DNA of 19,024 nt, from contig JBBSWJ010000028.1 in the NCBI GenBank assembly GCA_038046345.1, positions 1 through 19,024 of the forward strand, read 5' to 3'. Shown one piece after another: positions 7,403 through 15,979 of this stretch; the stretch's first letter is position 1; each line of letters starts with the position of its first letter. Under the pieces are notes generated by a model. That model made no database searches and was not told the origin of the DNA. It saw nothing but the letters and a program-made list of their open reading frames with translations. The translations under genes were made by a program, and so were the position numbers. The DNA comes from Nanobdellota archaeon. GTDB lineage: Archaea > Nanobdellota > Nanobdellia > SCGC-AAA011-G17 > JACPNG01.

Positions 7403-8860
7403 ATGAAGGTAGTAACTTCTAGTAAGGCTGTTGAGTCAGTTGTTGATGAAGCTTTAGTAATCCCTATTTTCGAAGGGGTCAAGCCAAGTAAGGATTTATC
7501 TAAAGATCTACAAAAAGCTTTGCTAAATAAAGATTTTAAGGCTGAACAATATGAAGTTTATCTTTCCTATCATGAAAGCTTCAAATCAAAAAGGGTTATT
7601 TATGTAAGCCTTGGTAAGGAAGAAAGTGTTACGCTAGAAAAGATAAGGCGAGCATACCATCAAGTTCAAAAAAAGTTAAACTCCCTTAAAATAAAATCTT
7701 TCTCGCTGAGTTTGCCAAAAACTAAACTTAAACTGGAAGAAGTAACTGATGCAATTCTTACCTCAATTTTGTTAAGTAATTATAGGTTTGACAAGTATAA
7801 ATCTGATGATAAAGACAAAGGCACAAGATTTTCTCAGATAACTGTTTTAGATGATAATCCTAAGCTGAAAAATGTGATAGATCATGCAGTTATTGTAGCT
7901 AAAGGGGCTAACTTTGTGAGAGACTTAGCCAATGAGAATGCTAGGGATAAAACTTCATTGATCTTGGAGGATATTGCGAGAAAAACTGCGAAGGAGAACA
8001 AGTTAAAAATAACTGTCTTTGATGAAAAAGATCTTAAAAGACTTGGTATGAACTTATTATTAGCAGTTGGTGCTGGGGCTGTTACTCCGCCTCGTTTGAT
8101 TGTTTTAGAATATCATGGTAATCCGTCATCTAAGGATGTTTATTCTTTTGTTGGTAAGGGTATTATTTTTGATTCTGGTGGTTTAAATTTGAAGCCTACT
8201 GGATCTATTGAGGATATGCGTGCTGATATGACCGGGGCAGCAACTGTTCTCGGGCTATTAAGAGTTGCATCTCAGCTGAAGATTAAGGCTAATTTGGTTG
8301 GTGTCATGGCAGTATGTGAGAATGCTATCTCAAATGGGGCGTATAAACCTGGTGATATTTTTAGGTCTTATAGCGGGAAAACAGTATACATAGGGAATAC
8401 CGATGCTGAAGGCCGCTTAATACTTGCTGATGCTTTGTCTTATTCAATAAAAAAGTACAAGCCAAAATTAACTGTTGACATGGCAACTTTAACTGGGGCG
8501 GCAGTTGTTGCGGTTGGTACAAAGATAAGTGCTATTCTTGGTAACAATGAAAAAGCGATCAATAATATAATCTCCTCTGGTAAGAAGGTAGGAGAAAATT
8601 TTCATGAGTTGCCTTTGTTTGAAGATTATAATGAGCTTATGAAAAATAATTTGGCCGATATAAGTAATATTTCATCTGAGAAATTTGGTCCTGGAACGAT
8701 TACTGCTGCGTTATTCTTGCAGAATTTTGTGGATAATCAACCATGGGTTCATTTAGATATTGCTGGACCAGCATTTATCAGCTCAGAATACCATTACGTA
8801 GGTCCTCAAGCTACGGGAGTTTGTGTTAGAACATTAATTAATTTCTTAGAGAATATTTAA
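7403..8860 (+). CDS. pepA: M17 leucyl aminopeptidase
   Basis: VGKGIIFDSGGLNLKP, DMTGAA, NTDAEGRLILADAL, DMATLTGA, WVHLDIAG. Start moved from TTG 7346 to ATG 7403 because of the promoter position. Confidence 0.96.
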   Translation: MKVVTSSKAVESVVDEALVIPIFEGVKPSKDLSKDLQKALLNKDFKAEQYEVYLSYHESFKSKRVIYVSLGKEESVTLEKIRRAYHQVQKKLNSLKIKSFSLSLPKTKLKLEEVTDAILTSILLSNYRFDKYKSDDKDKGTRFSQITVLDDNPKLKNVIDHAVIVAKGANFVRDLANENARDKTSLILEDIARKTAKENKLKITVFDEKDLKRLGMNLLLAVGAGAVTPPRLIVLEYHGNPSSKDVYSFVGKGIIFDSGGLNLKPTGSIEDMRADMTGAATVLGLLRVASQLKIKANLVGVMAVCENAISNGAYKPGDIFRSYSGKTVYIGNTDAEGRLILADALSYSIKKYKPKLTVDMATLTGAAVVAVGTKISAILGNNEKAINNIISSGKKVGENFHELPLFEDYNELMKNNLADISNISSEKFGPGTITAALFLQNFVDNQPWVHLDIAGPAFISSEYHYVGPQATGVCVRTLINFLENI

Positions 8861-9909
8861 GTAACATATTTTTTCTGTGGTTTTATTAATAGATGGTACA
8901 GTATTTGTATTAGATATTCCACATCGTTAAGGTTACAAATTCCTGCGCAAGAATGTATATTCCTTACAGGCACTGATATTGTTGTAGATGGTATCCCTTC
9001 CCGGGATAACATAATAGATGTTGCGTCGGTTGTTCCATAATCATCAACTTCTAATTGTAGCGGGATACGTTTTTCCTTTGCAATTTCTTGTAACAGCTCG
9101 TTAATTTGCCTGTTACCAATCATATCTGCGTCCTTTATTGTGATATATGGACCAGTACCGATAATACATCTCCCTCTAAGTTCTGAATCTTTTGCAGTAG
9201 TAGCATCTACAGCTATCCCCCAATCAGGTTTAAGATTCCATACAGCTGTTTTTGCTCCATACATTCCTATCTCTTCTTGTACTGTAAACACAAAATAAAT
9301 ACTTTCTTTTGTTTTTATTTGTTTAAGTCTCCTTGCAAGTTCAATGAGCGCGTAGCATCCAACCCGATCATCTATTGCTTTTCCGCTGATTATTTTTTCG
9401 CTGCCAAGTTGATGTACGGATTGTATTGGTATCATATAATTTCCTATTTTTACCCCCTTCCTTTTGAGTGTTGTACCATCAACTCCTGCATCAACATAAA
9501 GATCTTCTAATTTTGGCAGTTCAGTTATGTCTAGTGCATCATGGAATTGCGGGAATGATATCATCCCCTTGCATATTTCCTTGTTCTTGTCGTTGAGTAT
9601 TACAACTGGTTGTCCTATCAGGCTTATTGTGTCTAAACTTCCGACTGTTGATATCCTTAAGAATCCATTTGTTTCTATCTTTTTAACCATCAAACCTATT
9701 TCATCCATGTGCGCTGCAAGCATTATTCTTGTTCCGCTTCCTTTTTTTAGGCATATAAGATTTCCAAATTTGTCTGCGTATAGCTTATCAACGTATTTTT
9801 TCATTTCTTTTTTAATCATATTACGAACGTTGATCTCATTTCCAGAAGGGCCTAACTCTTTCATAAGTTTAAATAAAAGCTTTGTATTACCAGTGTTACC
9901 TTGTTTCAT
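8857..9909 (-). CDS. M42 (TET-type) aminopeptidase
   Basis: GPSGNE, AAHMDEIG, GKAIDDRVG, TVQEEIGMYGA, AVDAT, GTTDA, RNIHS: full M42 metal-ligand set. Last gene of the minus-strand operon, 21 nt downstream of the OTC stop. Confidence 0.93.
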   Translation of the reverse strand: MKQGNTGNTKLLFKLMKELGPSGNEINVRNMIKKEMKKYVDKLYADKFGNLICLKKGSGTRIMLAAHMDEIGLMVKKIETNGFLRISTVGSLDTISLIGQPVVILNDKNKEICKGMISFPQFHDALDITELPKLEDLYVDAGVDGTTLKRKGVKIGNYMIPIQSVHQLGSEKIISGKAIDDRVGCYALIELARRLKQIKTKESIYFVFTVQEEIGMYGAKTAVWNLKPDWGIAVDATTAKDSELRGRCIIGTGPYITIKDADMIGNRQINELLQEIAKEKRIPLQLEVDDYGTTDATSIMLSREGIPSTTISVPVRNIHSCAGICNLNDVEYLIQILYHLLIKPQKKYVT

Positions 9910-9930
9910 AAGTTTAACAGCACATTTGTT

Positions 9931-10830
9931 TTAATAAGCTTTATGTTTCAGTAGCCATATTAATATTGCTTTTTCTATGTGTAATCTATTCTCAGCTTGA
10001 TCGAGTATAATACTTTGTTTTCCGTCTATTACTTCTGTTGTTACTTCCATACCTCTTATTGCTGGCATGTCATGCATGAATATTGCATTTTTTTTGGCTC
10101 GTTTCATAACATTAGAATTAACTTGGTATTTTTTGAACATTATTTGCCTAATGGTTTTTTTCCATGCCGGAATATTATACGACATCCAGCTGTCTGTATA
10201 AACTACATCTGTTGGTTGTACTTTCTTTGGATTACGAACCCATGTTACATTACTTTTTGTTTTATCAAATAGTTCTTTGAGCGGTTTATTTGGCCCGGCA
10301 AGTATTAGCTTAAAGTTTAACTTTTTTGATGCTAACATCCAGCTGTTTGCTACATTTGTTCTGCAATCTCCATAATATGCAATTGATGCCTTCAATGTGT
10401 TTTTCTTTTCTTTTATTGTTAGTAAATCACCTAATATCTGGCAGGGATGGTACAAGTCTGTAAGACCGTTTATTACAGGTACTTCAGAGTGCCCGGCAAA
10501 TTCTTCTAATTTTTCATGTGAGTAAGTTCTTGCCATTATGATATCTGCCATTCTTGACATTACTTTTGCTGTGTCTGATAAGCTTTCTTTTCCTTTGTGT
10601 AATGGGGAGCTTGTTACATCATAGTAAATAGCATGTCCTCCTAAATGGGTCATACCTATCTCGAAGCTTAGTCTTGTTCTTAATGAAGGTTTTTCAAATA
10701 ACATGATTAATGTTTTTCTGTGAAGTACTTTGTTATACAAGTCTGGATTCTTCTTTATTTTCTGTGCTAAAGTTATTATATTAAATATTTCTTGAGCTTC
10801 TAAGTCATTTAAGTTTAATAAATGTCTCAT
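9931..10830 (-). CDS. arcB: Ornithine carbamoyltransferase (probably catabolic)
   Basis: FEKPSLRTRLSFE (carbamoyl-phosphate site), HPCQILGDL, YTDSWMSY, HDMPA, AENRLH; ATGA overlap with the upstream gene; in an operon with carbamate kinase. Confidence 0.9.
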   Translation of the reverse strand: MRHLLNLNDLEAQEIFNIITLAQKIKKNPDLYNKVLHRKTLIMLFEKPSLRTRLSFEIGMTHLGGHAIYYDVTSSPLHKGKESLSDTAKVMSRMADIIMARTYSHEKLEEFAGHSEVPVINGLTDLYHPCQILGDLLTIKEKKNTLKASIAYYGDCRTNVANSWMLASKKLNFKLILAGPNKPLKELFDKTKSNVTWVRNPKKVQPTDVVYTDSWMSYNIPAWKKTIRQIMFKKYQVNSNVMKRAKKNAIFMHDMPAIRGMEVTTEVIDGKQSIILDQAENRLHIEKAILIWLLKHKAY

Positions 10831-12140
10831 AAGATTCTCTTCAACAGGTTATTTAGTTTTATTTTTCCTGCGTCTTTATACGTATATTCAACAGTTACCC
10901 ATGGCTTGTTTATTTTTAGTATTTTTTGTAAGTTTACTGGAGTTCCATCTATAACTATATCACATTTAACTCTATTGATTGTTTTTTGTAAATCTTTTAT
11001 TTGTTTTTTATTATATCCCATTGCAGGCAATAATTTACCTATTCCGGGGTATTTTGTAAAAGTTTTTTTTATTTCTCCAACTGCTATTTCTCTCGGGTCT
11101 ATAATATGCTTGGCATGGTATTTCTTTGCTGCTAGAGTTCCAGCGCCGTAGGTCATGCCTCCATGTGTAAGTGTTGGTCCATCTTCTACTATGAGCACGT
11201 TTTTATTGCGTATCATGCCTGGATTAGATGGAATTAATTCAAGTGATCCGTATAAAATTTTAGCTTTAGGATTAACTTTCTTAGTATTATCTTCAACAAT
11301 TTTTACATTTTTCTTATCAGCAGTATTATACTTACTTATTATCACTACATCTGCCATTCTTAGGTTTACAGCTCCAGGATAGTACATAAGTTCGTGTCCG
11401 GGTCTGTGAGGATCTGTTAAGACAATGTGTAATCTTGGTTGGTAAAATGGCAAATCATTATTTCCTCCATCCCATATGATCACATCAGCTTCTTTTTCTG
11501 CCATTCTTATTATTTTTTCATAGTCTACTCCGGCATAAATCACAATACCCTGTTCTATCCATGGTTCGTATTCTTCTCTTTCTTCTATTGTACACTTTTG
11601 TTTGTCTAAATCACTGTACTGTGCAAATCTTTGGCATATTTGTTTTTTTAAGTCTCCATATGGCATTGGGTGGCGTATGGCTACAACTTTCTGTCCTTTG
11701 TCATAAAAATATTTTGCAACGGCTCTTGATACTGATGATTTTCCGCATCCTGTTCTTACTGCGCATATTGCAACAACTGGTTTTTTGGAAGTAATCATTG
11801 TGTGGTGTCTGCCCAGCATTCCGTAGTGTGCGCCTGCTGCTAGTACTCTTGATCCTAAATCCATAACTTCTTGGTGTGATAAATCAGAATAGGCGAGGAA
11901 TACAAAATCTATCTTAAGTTTTTTAATTAGTTCCTCTATGTTTTTTTCATCGTAAATCTTTATCCCTGCGGGGTATAATTTTCCTGCCAGTTCTTTTGGG
12001 TATTTTCTTCCTGAAATGTTTGGTATCTGTGCTGCTGTAAAGCAGACTACATTATATGTTGGATTATTTCTAAAATATGTATTAAAATCATGAAAATCTC
12101 TCCCGGCTGCTCCAGCAATGATCACTCTTATTTTATCCAT
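10827..12140 (-). CDS. arcE: COG2403 'predicted GTPase' / cyclic 2,3-diphosphoglycerate synthetase-like family; probable arginine synthetase (ArcE)
   Basis: GAAGRDFHDFN, FTAAQIPNISGRKYP, Walker A AVRTGCGKS, RHPMPYGDL, EEREEYEP, WDGGNND, EDGPTLTHGGM, PAMGY; sandwiched between carbamate kinase and OTC. Start is likely ATG 12140 after GGGGTGA (track uses GTG 12146). Family assignment is confident; the ArcE activity is inferred. Confidence 0.8.
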   Translation of the reverse strand: MDKIRVIIAGAAGRDFHDFNTYFRNNPTYNVVCFTAAQIPNISGRKYPKELAGKLYPAGIKIYDEKNIEELIKKLKIDFVFLAYSDLSHQEVMDLGSRVLAAGAHYGMLGRHHTMITSKKPVVAICAVRTGCGKSSVSRAVAKYFYDKGQKVVAIRHPMPYGDLKKQICQRFAQYSDLDKQKCTIEEREEYEPWIEQGIVIYAGVDYEKIIRMAEKEADVIIWDGGNNDLPFYQPRLHIVLTDPHRPGHELMYYPGAVNLRMADVVIISKYNTADKKNVKIVEDNTKKVNPKAKILYGSLELIPSNPGMIRNKNVLIVEDGPTLTHGGMTYGAGTLAAKKYHAKHIIDPREIAVGEIKKTFTKYPGIGKLLPAMGYNKKQIKDLQKTINRVKCDIVIDGTPVNLQKILKINKPWVTVEYTYKDAGKIKLNNLLKRIL

Positions 12141-12142
12141 CT

Positions 12143-13057
12143 TCACCCCTTTAGTATATGTGTTCCTCCTTTTCCATTTAAAGCTTTCTTCATCGTGTTT
12201 GGATTTGTTATAATAAATTTTTTACCACCATTTTTTAGAAAGTTTATCCCAGCTAATATTTTTGGTTGCATACTGCCAACACCGAATTGTTGTTCTTGTA
12301 TGTAACCCTCTGCTTGCTTTATTGTCATTTTATCAATTCCTTTTTGATTTTGCTTTCGGTAGTTTAGTGCTGCTTGTTGTACATCTGTTAAAACTAATAG
12401 AGTATGTGCTTTGATAGAATTACCAAGAACTTGTGATGCTAGATCCTTGTCAATTACTGCTTCTACTCCTTTGTATCCATTATTTGTTTTTATTACAGGT
12501 ATTCCGCCTCCGCCTGCTGCTATTACAATATCTTGTTTTTTTATTAAATGTTTAATACTGTTAGCTTCAAGTATCTTAATTGGTTTTGGTGATGGAACTA
12601 TTCTTCTGTAGCCTTTACCTTTTTGGAATAGGTATGGAAGTTTCTTTTTTTTAAAAATATTTGGAGAGCTATATGCTGGGCCTATTGGTTTTGTTGGATT
12701 CTTGAAAGCATTATCTTTTTTATCAACTAATACTTGTGTTAGCAATGATACTACATGAGCTTTTGGTGAATTGTTTAGCACACTCTGTTGTATCAGATAG
12801 CCTATTTCACCTTCAGATTCTGCAACGCACACTTCTAATGGTAAGGCATAAGCTTTTCCCAGTGCTTCTTCTGTTCTTATTAAGATGTTCCCAACTTGAA
12901 AGCCATTACCATGTGTTATTATAATATTATACTGTTTGTGTAATGAAACAATTTTTTTGGTGGTATTTTGTATAACTCTTTGTTGGTCTTTAATTGAATA
13001 TTTTCCTTTTTTTACAAGAGCATTTCCTCCTAGTGCTATAACAATTATTTTTTTCAT
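12143..13057 (-). CDS. arcC: Carbamate kinase
   Basis: VIALGGNAL, THGNGFQVG, TQVLVD, NPTKPIGP, RRIVPSPKP, GGGGIPV, GVEAVIDKDLAS, LTDV, GSMQPKI. Confidence 0.95.
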   Translation of the reverse strand: MKKIIVIALGGNALVKKGKYSIKDQQRVIQNTTKKIVSLHKQYNIIITHGNGFQVGNILIRTEEALGKAYALPLEVCVAESEGEIGYLIQQSVLNNSPKAHVVSLLTQVLVDKKDNAFKNPTKPIGPAYSSPNIFKKKKLPYLFQKGKGYRRIVPSPKPIKILEANSIKHLIKKQDIVIAAGGGGIPVIKTNNGYKGVEAVIDKDLASQVLGNSIKAHTLLVLTDVQQAALNYRKQNQKGIDKMTIKQAEGYIQEQQFGVGSMQPKILAGINFLKNGGKKFIITNPNTMKKALNGKGGTHILKG

Positions 13058-13062
13058 ACTGC

Positions 13063-14307
13063 TTATCTTTTTATACGGTTACATATTTTTATTGAGTGTT
13101 CTATAACACTTAAAGCTTCATCTATTTCTTTAGTTGTTACGACATAAGGTGGGATTATCCTAATACTTTTTTCACCTGCGCCCATAAGTACAAGCCCATT
13201 TTTTAGGCATTGTTGTACAAAGTTTTTTCTTACATTACCATCGCTTACATCAAATCCGACCATTAGGCCAAGCCCGCGTACATCATACATTTTATTTTGT
13301 TCACTTATTTCTCTTAATCTTTTTCTTAAGTATTCTCCGTGTTTTAGATTCTTTGATAATAAACCATCTTTTTTTATTGTTCTTATTGTTGCAACACCCA
13401 TTGCCATATCAATTATCTGCCCTCCTCCCCATGTGCTTGATATTGCGCCTGGTTCTGGAAAGTTTTTCTTGTTTGTTATAGCTGCTCCTACACCTAATGC
13501 CTTTGCGCTGCTCATTATGTCTGGTTCAATTCCAAAGTGTTGGAATGCCCACCATCTTCCTGTTCTTCCCATTCCTGCTTGTACTTCATCTGCTATGTAA
13601 GGTATCTTTTTTCTTTGGCATATATTACGCACTTTTATTACCATGTTTTTGTCAGGCACTCTGTATCCCCCTTCGCCCTGTACATGTTCTAATATCACAA
13701 AAGCAATGTCTTCAGGTGTTACTTCTTGTTTGAGTATTCTTTCTAATTTTTCAGATGCTTCTTCGCTAAATGGTAGCCGCTCTGTTGGTATTGTAAAGAA
13801 TCCTTTTTTGTGTATGCTATTAGAGTTTGTTAATGATAAAGCGCCGAGTGTTCTGCCATGAAATGCGCCTTGAAATGATATGCATGTTTTTGCGTGAGGT
13901 CGTAACCTCATTGCTATTTTCATACAGTTTTCTACTGCTTCAGCTCCTGAACTTATTAAGAATGCTGCGTTTAATTTTTTTGGGGTTATGCTTAGTAGCT
14001 CCTCTAACAGACTTACTTGTTCTTCTACAGCAAAATCTGCGCCTGCATATTTTATTGGTGTTCTTTTCTTGTATTTTTTTATAACCTTTAAATGTTCTGG
14101 GTGGTTGTATCCAAGCGGGTTTGATGCGATTTGTGATGCGAAATCTAAAAATGTGTTGCCATCTAAGTCTTTGAAGTAGCAGCCTTTTCCGTTTTTGCTG
14201 TACACGAATGGATATTTTGTGACCCATGCTCCGTTTAATCGTTCTAGTTTTTTTAGTACAACTCTTGAATTAGGTCCAGGTATTTTTGTTTTAATTAGTA
14301 TGCTCAT
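13063..14307 (-). CDS. Class-III PLP aminotransferase (ornithine/4-aminobutyrate omega-aminotransferase-like)
   Basis: DLDGNTFLDF, LGYNHP, SGAEAVEN, GAFHGRTLGALS, EHVQGEGGY, DEVQAGMGRTG, PDIMSSAKAL (PLP Lys), RGLGLM, IRIIPP. Confidence 0.92.
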   Translation of the reverse strand: MSILIKTKIPGPNSRVVLKKLERLNGAWVTKYPFVYSKNGKGCYFKDLDGNTFLDFASQIASNPLGYNHPEHLKVIKKYKKRTPIKYAGADFAVEEQVSLLEELLSITPKKLNAAFLISSGAEAVENCMKIAMRLRPHAKTCISFQGAFHGRTLGALSLTNSNSIHKKGFFTIPTERLPFSEEASEKLERILKQEVTPEDIAFVILEHVQGEGGYRVPDKNMVIKVRNICQRKKIPYIADEVQAGMGRTGRWWAFQHFGIEPDIMSSAKALGVGAAITNKKNFPEPGAISSTWGGGQIIDMAMGVATIRTIKKDGLLSKNLKHGEYLRKRLREISEQNKMYDVRGLGLMVGFDVSDGNVRKNFVQQCLKNGLVLMGAGEKSIRIIPPYVVTTKEIDEALSVIEHSIKICNRIKR

Positions 14308-14407
14308 TTGTTCTTTTGCTTCCTCCCCTCTTGTATACTCTGTATCTTCTTTTAAGTTTTTTTTCTTTTTTTGATTTCCTTCTGTCTAAATTTGTGTATT
14401 CTCCCAT
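14291..14407 (-). CDS. Possible 38-aa Arg/Lys-rich small ORF
   Basis: Manual translation gives MGEYTNLDRRKSKKEKKLKRRYRVYKRGGSKRTNEHTN*. It starts 1 nt after the ALDH stop and overlaps the aminotransferase start by 17 nt. It could be a chance ORF in purine-rich DNA. Confidence 0.3.
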   Translation of the reverse strand: MGEYTNLDRRKSKKEKKLKRRYRVYKRGGSKRTNEHTN

Positions 14408-14408
14408 G

Positions 14409-15872
14409 TTATTCAACCTTGTCAATTTGTGCTTTTTGTAATTTTCCTGAGTAATCAATGTATACTGTTTTTATTTCAGAAAATTCTTCAATGCCCATAA
14501 TACCTGCTTCCCTTGTTCCGTTTCCGGTTTGTTTTATTCCTCCGAATGGTAAGTGTACTTCTGCTCCTATTGTTGGGCTGTTTACATAAACAATTCCTGT
14601 TTCTATTTCTTCAATTGCTTTCATTGCGTATACAATACTTTTGGTGTAGATGCTTGAGCTTAATCCATAGTTTGTGTTGTTGATTTTTTTTATTGCTTCT
14701 TGTATATTTTTTATAGTTATTACAGTTAAAAATGGCCCGAATATTTCTTCTTGTGCTATGCGTTTATTTGTATTCTTTACTTCAAATATTGTTGGTGAAT
14801 AAAAATTTCCATTGATTTTAGGAATGAATCCTCCGCATAGTAATTTTCCTTCTTTTTTTCCAATGTCAACATATTTTTGTACTTTTTCTACTGCTTTCTT
14901 GTTTATTAGTGGGCCAACGTCTGTTTTTTTATTTAATCCGTTGCCTAATCGTAGTTTTTTTGTTTTTGTTAATAACTTGTTTAGTAATTTTTTCTTAATT
15001 TTTTTGTGGACTAATAATCTTGATGTAGCAGTGCATCTCTGGCCGCTTGTTCCGAATGCTCCCCATAATATTCCTTCAACTGCATTATTTAGGTCTGCGT
15101 CTTCCATGACTAAGATTGCATTCTTTCCGCCTAATTCCAATCCAACTTTTTTTATTCCCGCGTTTTTTGTTATGTACAATCCTGTGTCTCTGCTTCCTGT
15201 AAATGATATTGCATTTACTTCTTGGTGTTTTATTAGTGCTGCGCCAACGCTCTCTCCCTGTCCAGTTACTATGTTCACTACTCCGTCTGGTATACCCGCT
15301 TCTTTGAATATTTCAAGCATTGAGTACACTGCTCTAGGTGTATCAGAACTTGGTTTTATTACGCATGTATTTCCGCATATTAATGCTGGGGCTAGTTTCC
15401 ATGATGGTATTGCTATTGGAAAATTCCATGGTGTTATTAATCCAACTACCCCGATTGGTTGTCTTATTGTGTAGCATGATTTATTCCTCATTTCTGATGG
15501 TGTAGTATTTCCAAATAGTCTTCTGCCCTCTCCCGCCATATACTCAAATATGTCTATACCTTCTTGAACGTCTCCTAATGTTTCCTTTAGTACTTTTCCC
15601 ATTTCTTCTGTTATACCTCTTGCAAGTTTTTGTTTTCTTTCTTTCATTATTTCTGCAATTTTTAGTAATATTTGGCCTCTTCTTGGTGCTGGTGTATTTT
15701 TCCATTTAGGTAGTGCTTTTTTTGCTGTGATTATTGCTTTTTCTAAATCTTTTTCATTGCCTAACGGGAATCTAGCTATTGGTTTTAGGGTTGCTGGATT
15801 AAAATCTATAAAGTACTTTTTTGACGATGGTTTTACATTTCTCCCGTTGATTAGAAGTTCATATCTTTTCAT
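14409..15872 (-). CDS. NAD(P)+-dependent aldehyde dehydrogenase (semialdehyde dehydrogenase-like)
   Basis: GEGRRLFG, ITPWNFP, KPSSDTP, FTGS, LELGGKN (catalytic Glu), GQRCTA (catalytic Cys), EEIFGP, YGLSSS, PFGG. Confidence 0.95.
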   Translation of the reverse strand: MKRYELLINGRNVKPSSKKYFIDFNPATLKPIARFPLGNEKDLEKAIITAKKALPKWKNTPAPRRGQILLKIAEIMKERKQKLARGITEEMGKVLKETLGDVQEGIDIFEYMAGEGRRLFGNTTPSEMRNKSCYTIRQPIGVVGLITPWNFPIAIPSWKLAPALICGNTCVIKPSSDTPRAVYSMLEIFKEAGIPDGVVNIVTGQGESVGAALIKHQEVNAISFTGSRDTGLYITKNAGIKKVGLELGGKNAILVMEDADLNNAVEGILWGAFGTSGQRCTATSRLLVHKKIKKKLLNKLLTKTKKLRLGNGLNKKTDVGPLINKKAVEKVQKYVDIGKKEGKLLCGGFIPKINGNFYSPTIFEVKNTNKRIAQEEIFGPFLTVITIKNIQEAIKKINNTNYGLSSSIYTKSIVYAMKAIEEIETGIVYVNSPTIGAEVHLPFGGIKQTGNGTREAGIMGIEEFSEIKTVYIDYSGKLQKAQIDKVE

Positions 15873-15874
15873 TT

Positions 15875-15881
15875 GATCACC
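15875..15881 (-). promoter_or_regulatory. Shine-Dalgarno of the first operon gene
   Basis: GGTGATC just upstream of the ALDH ATG, complementary to the archaeal 16S 3' end (GAUCACC). A TTTTTATATG TATA box lies at 15911-15920 on the minus strand. Confidence 0.7.
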
Positions 15882-15979
15882 ACTTTTGTTATTGTTATAA
15901 CTCTTTTAAGCATATAAAAATATTATGTTTATTATTTTTAACACAAAACATTTTAAGTATAGACATTGTCCAATTCTAA

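Noticed and set aside
9859-9917. 14-bp direct repeat TTTCATAAGTTTAA (9859-9872 and 9904-9917), each copy containing a minus-strand ATG of the M42 gene
   Set aside because: Short and AT-rich; at most a local duplication giving an alternative start, with no evidence of function.
10827-12146. Annotation as cyclic 2,3-diphosphoglycerate synthetase or a generic GTPase
   Set aside because: No 2-phosphoglycerate kinase is nearby, and coupling to arcC and OTC favours an arginine role.
14812-15474. Long antisense ORFs such as 14812..15474, 4027..4470, 4546..4980, 3464..3862, 9527..9934 and 10822..11151
   Set aside because: They are shadows of well-supported opposite-strand genes, rich in Phe/Ile/Ser, with no recognisable motifs.
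15894-15970. Short palindromes GTTATAAC (15894-15901) and GACATTGTC (15962-15970) in the operon/tRNA intergenic region
   Set aside because: Too short and dissimilar to call operators in AT-rich DNA.
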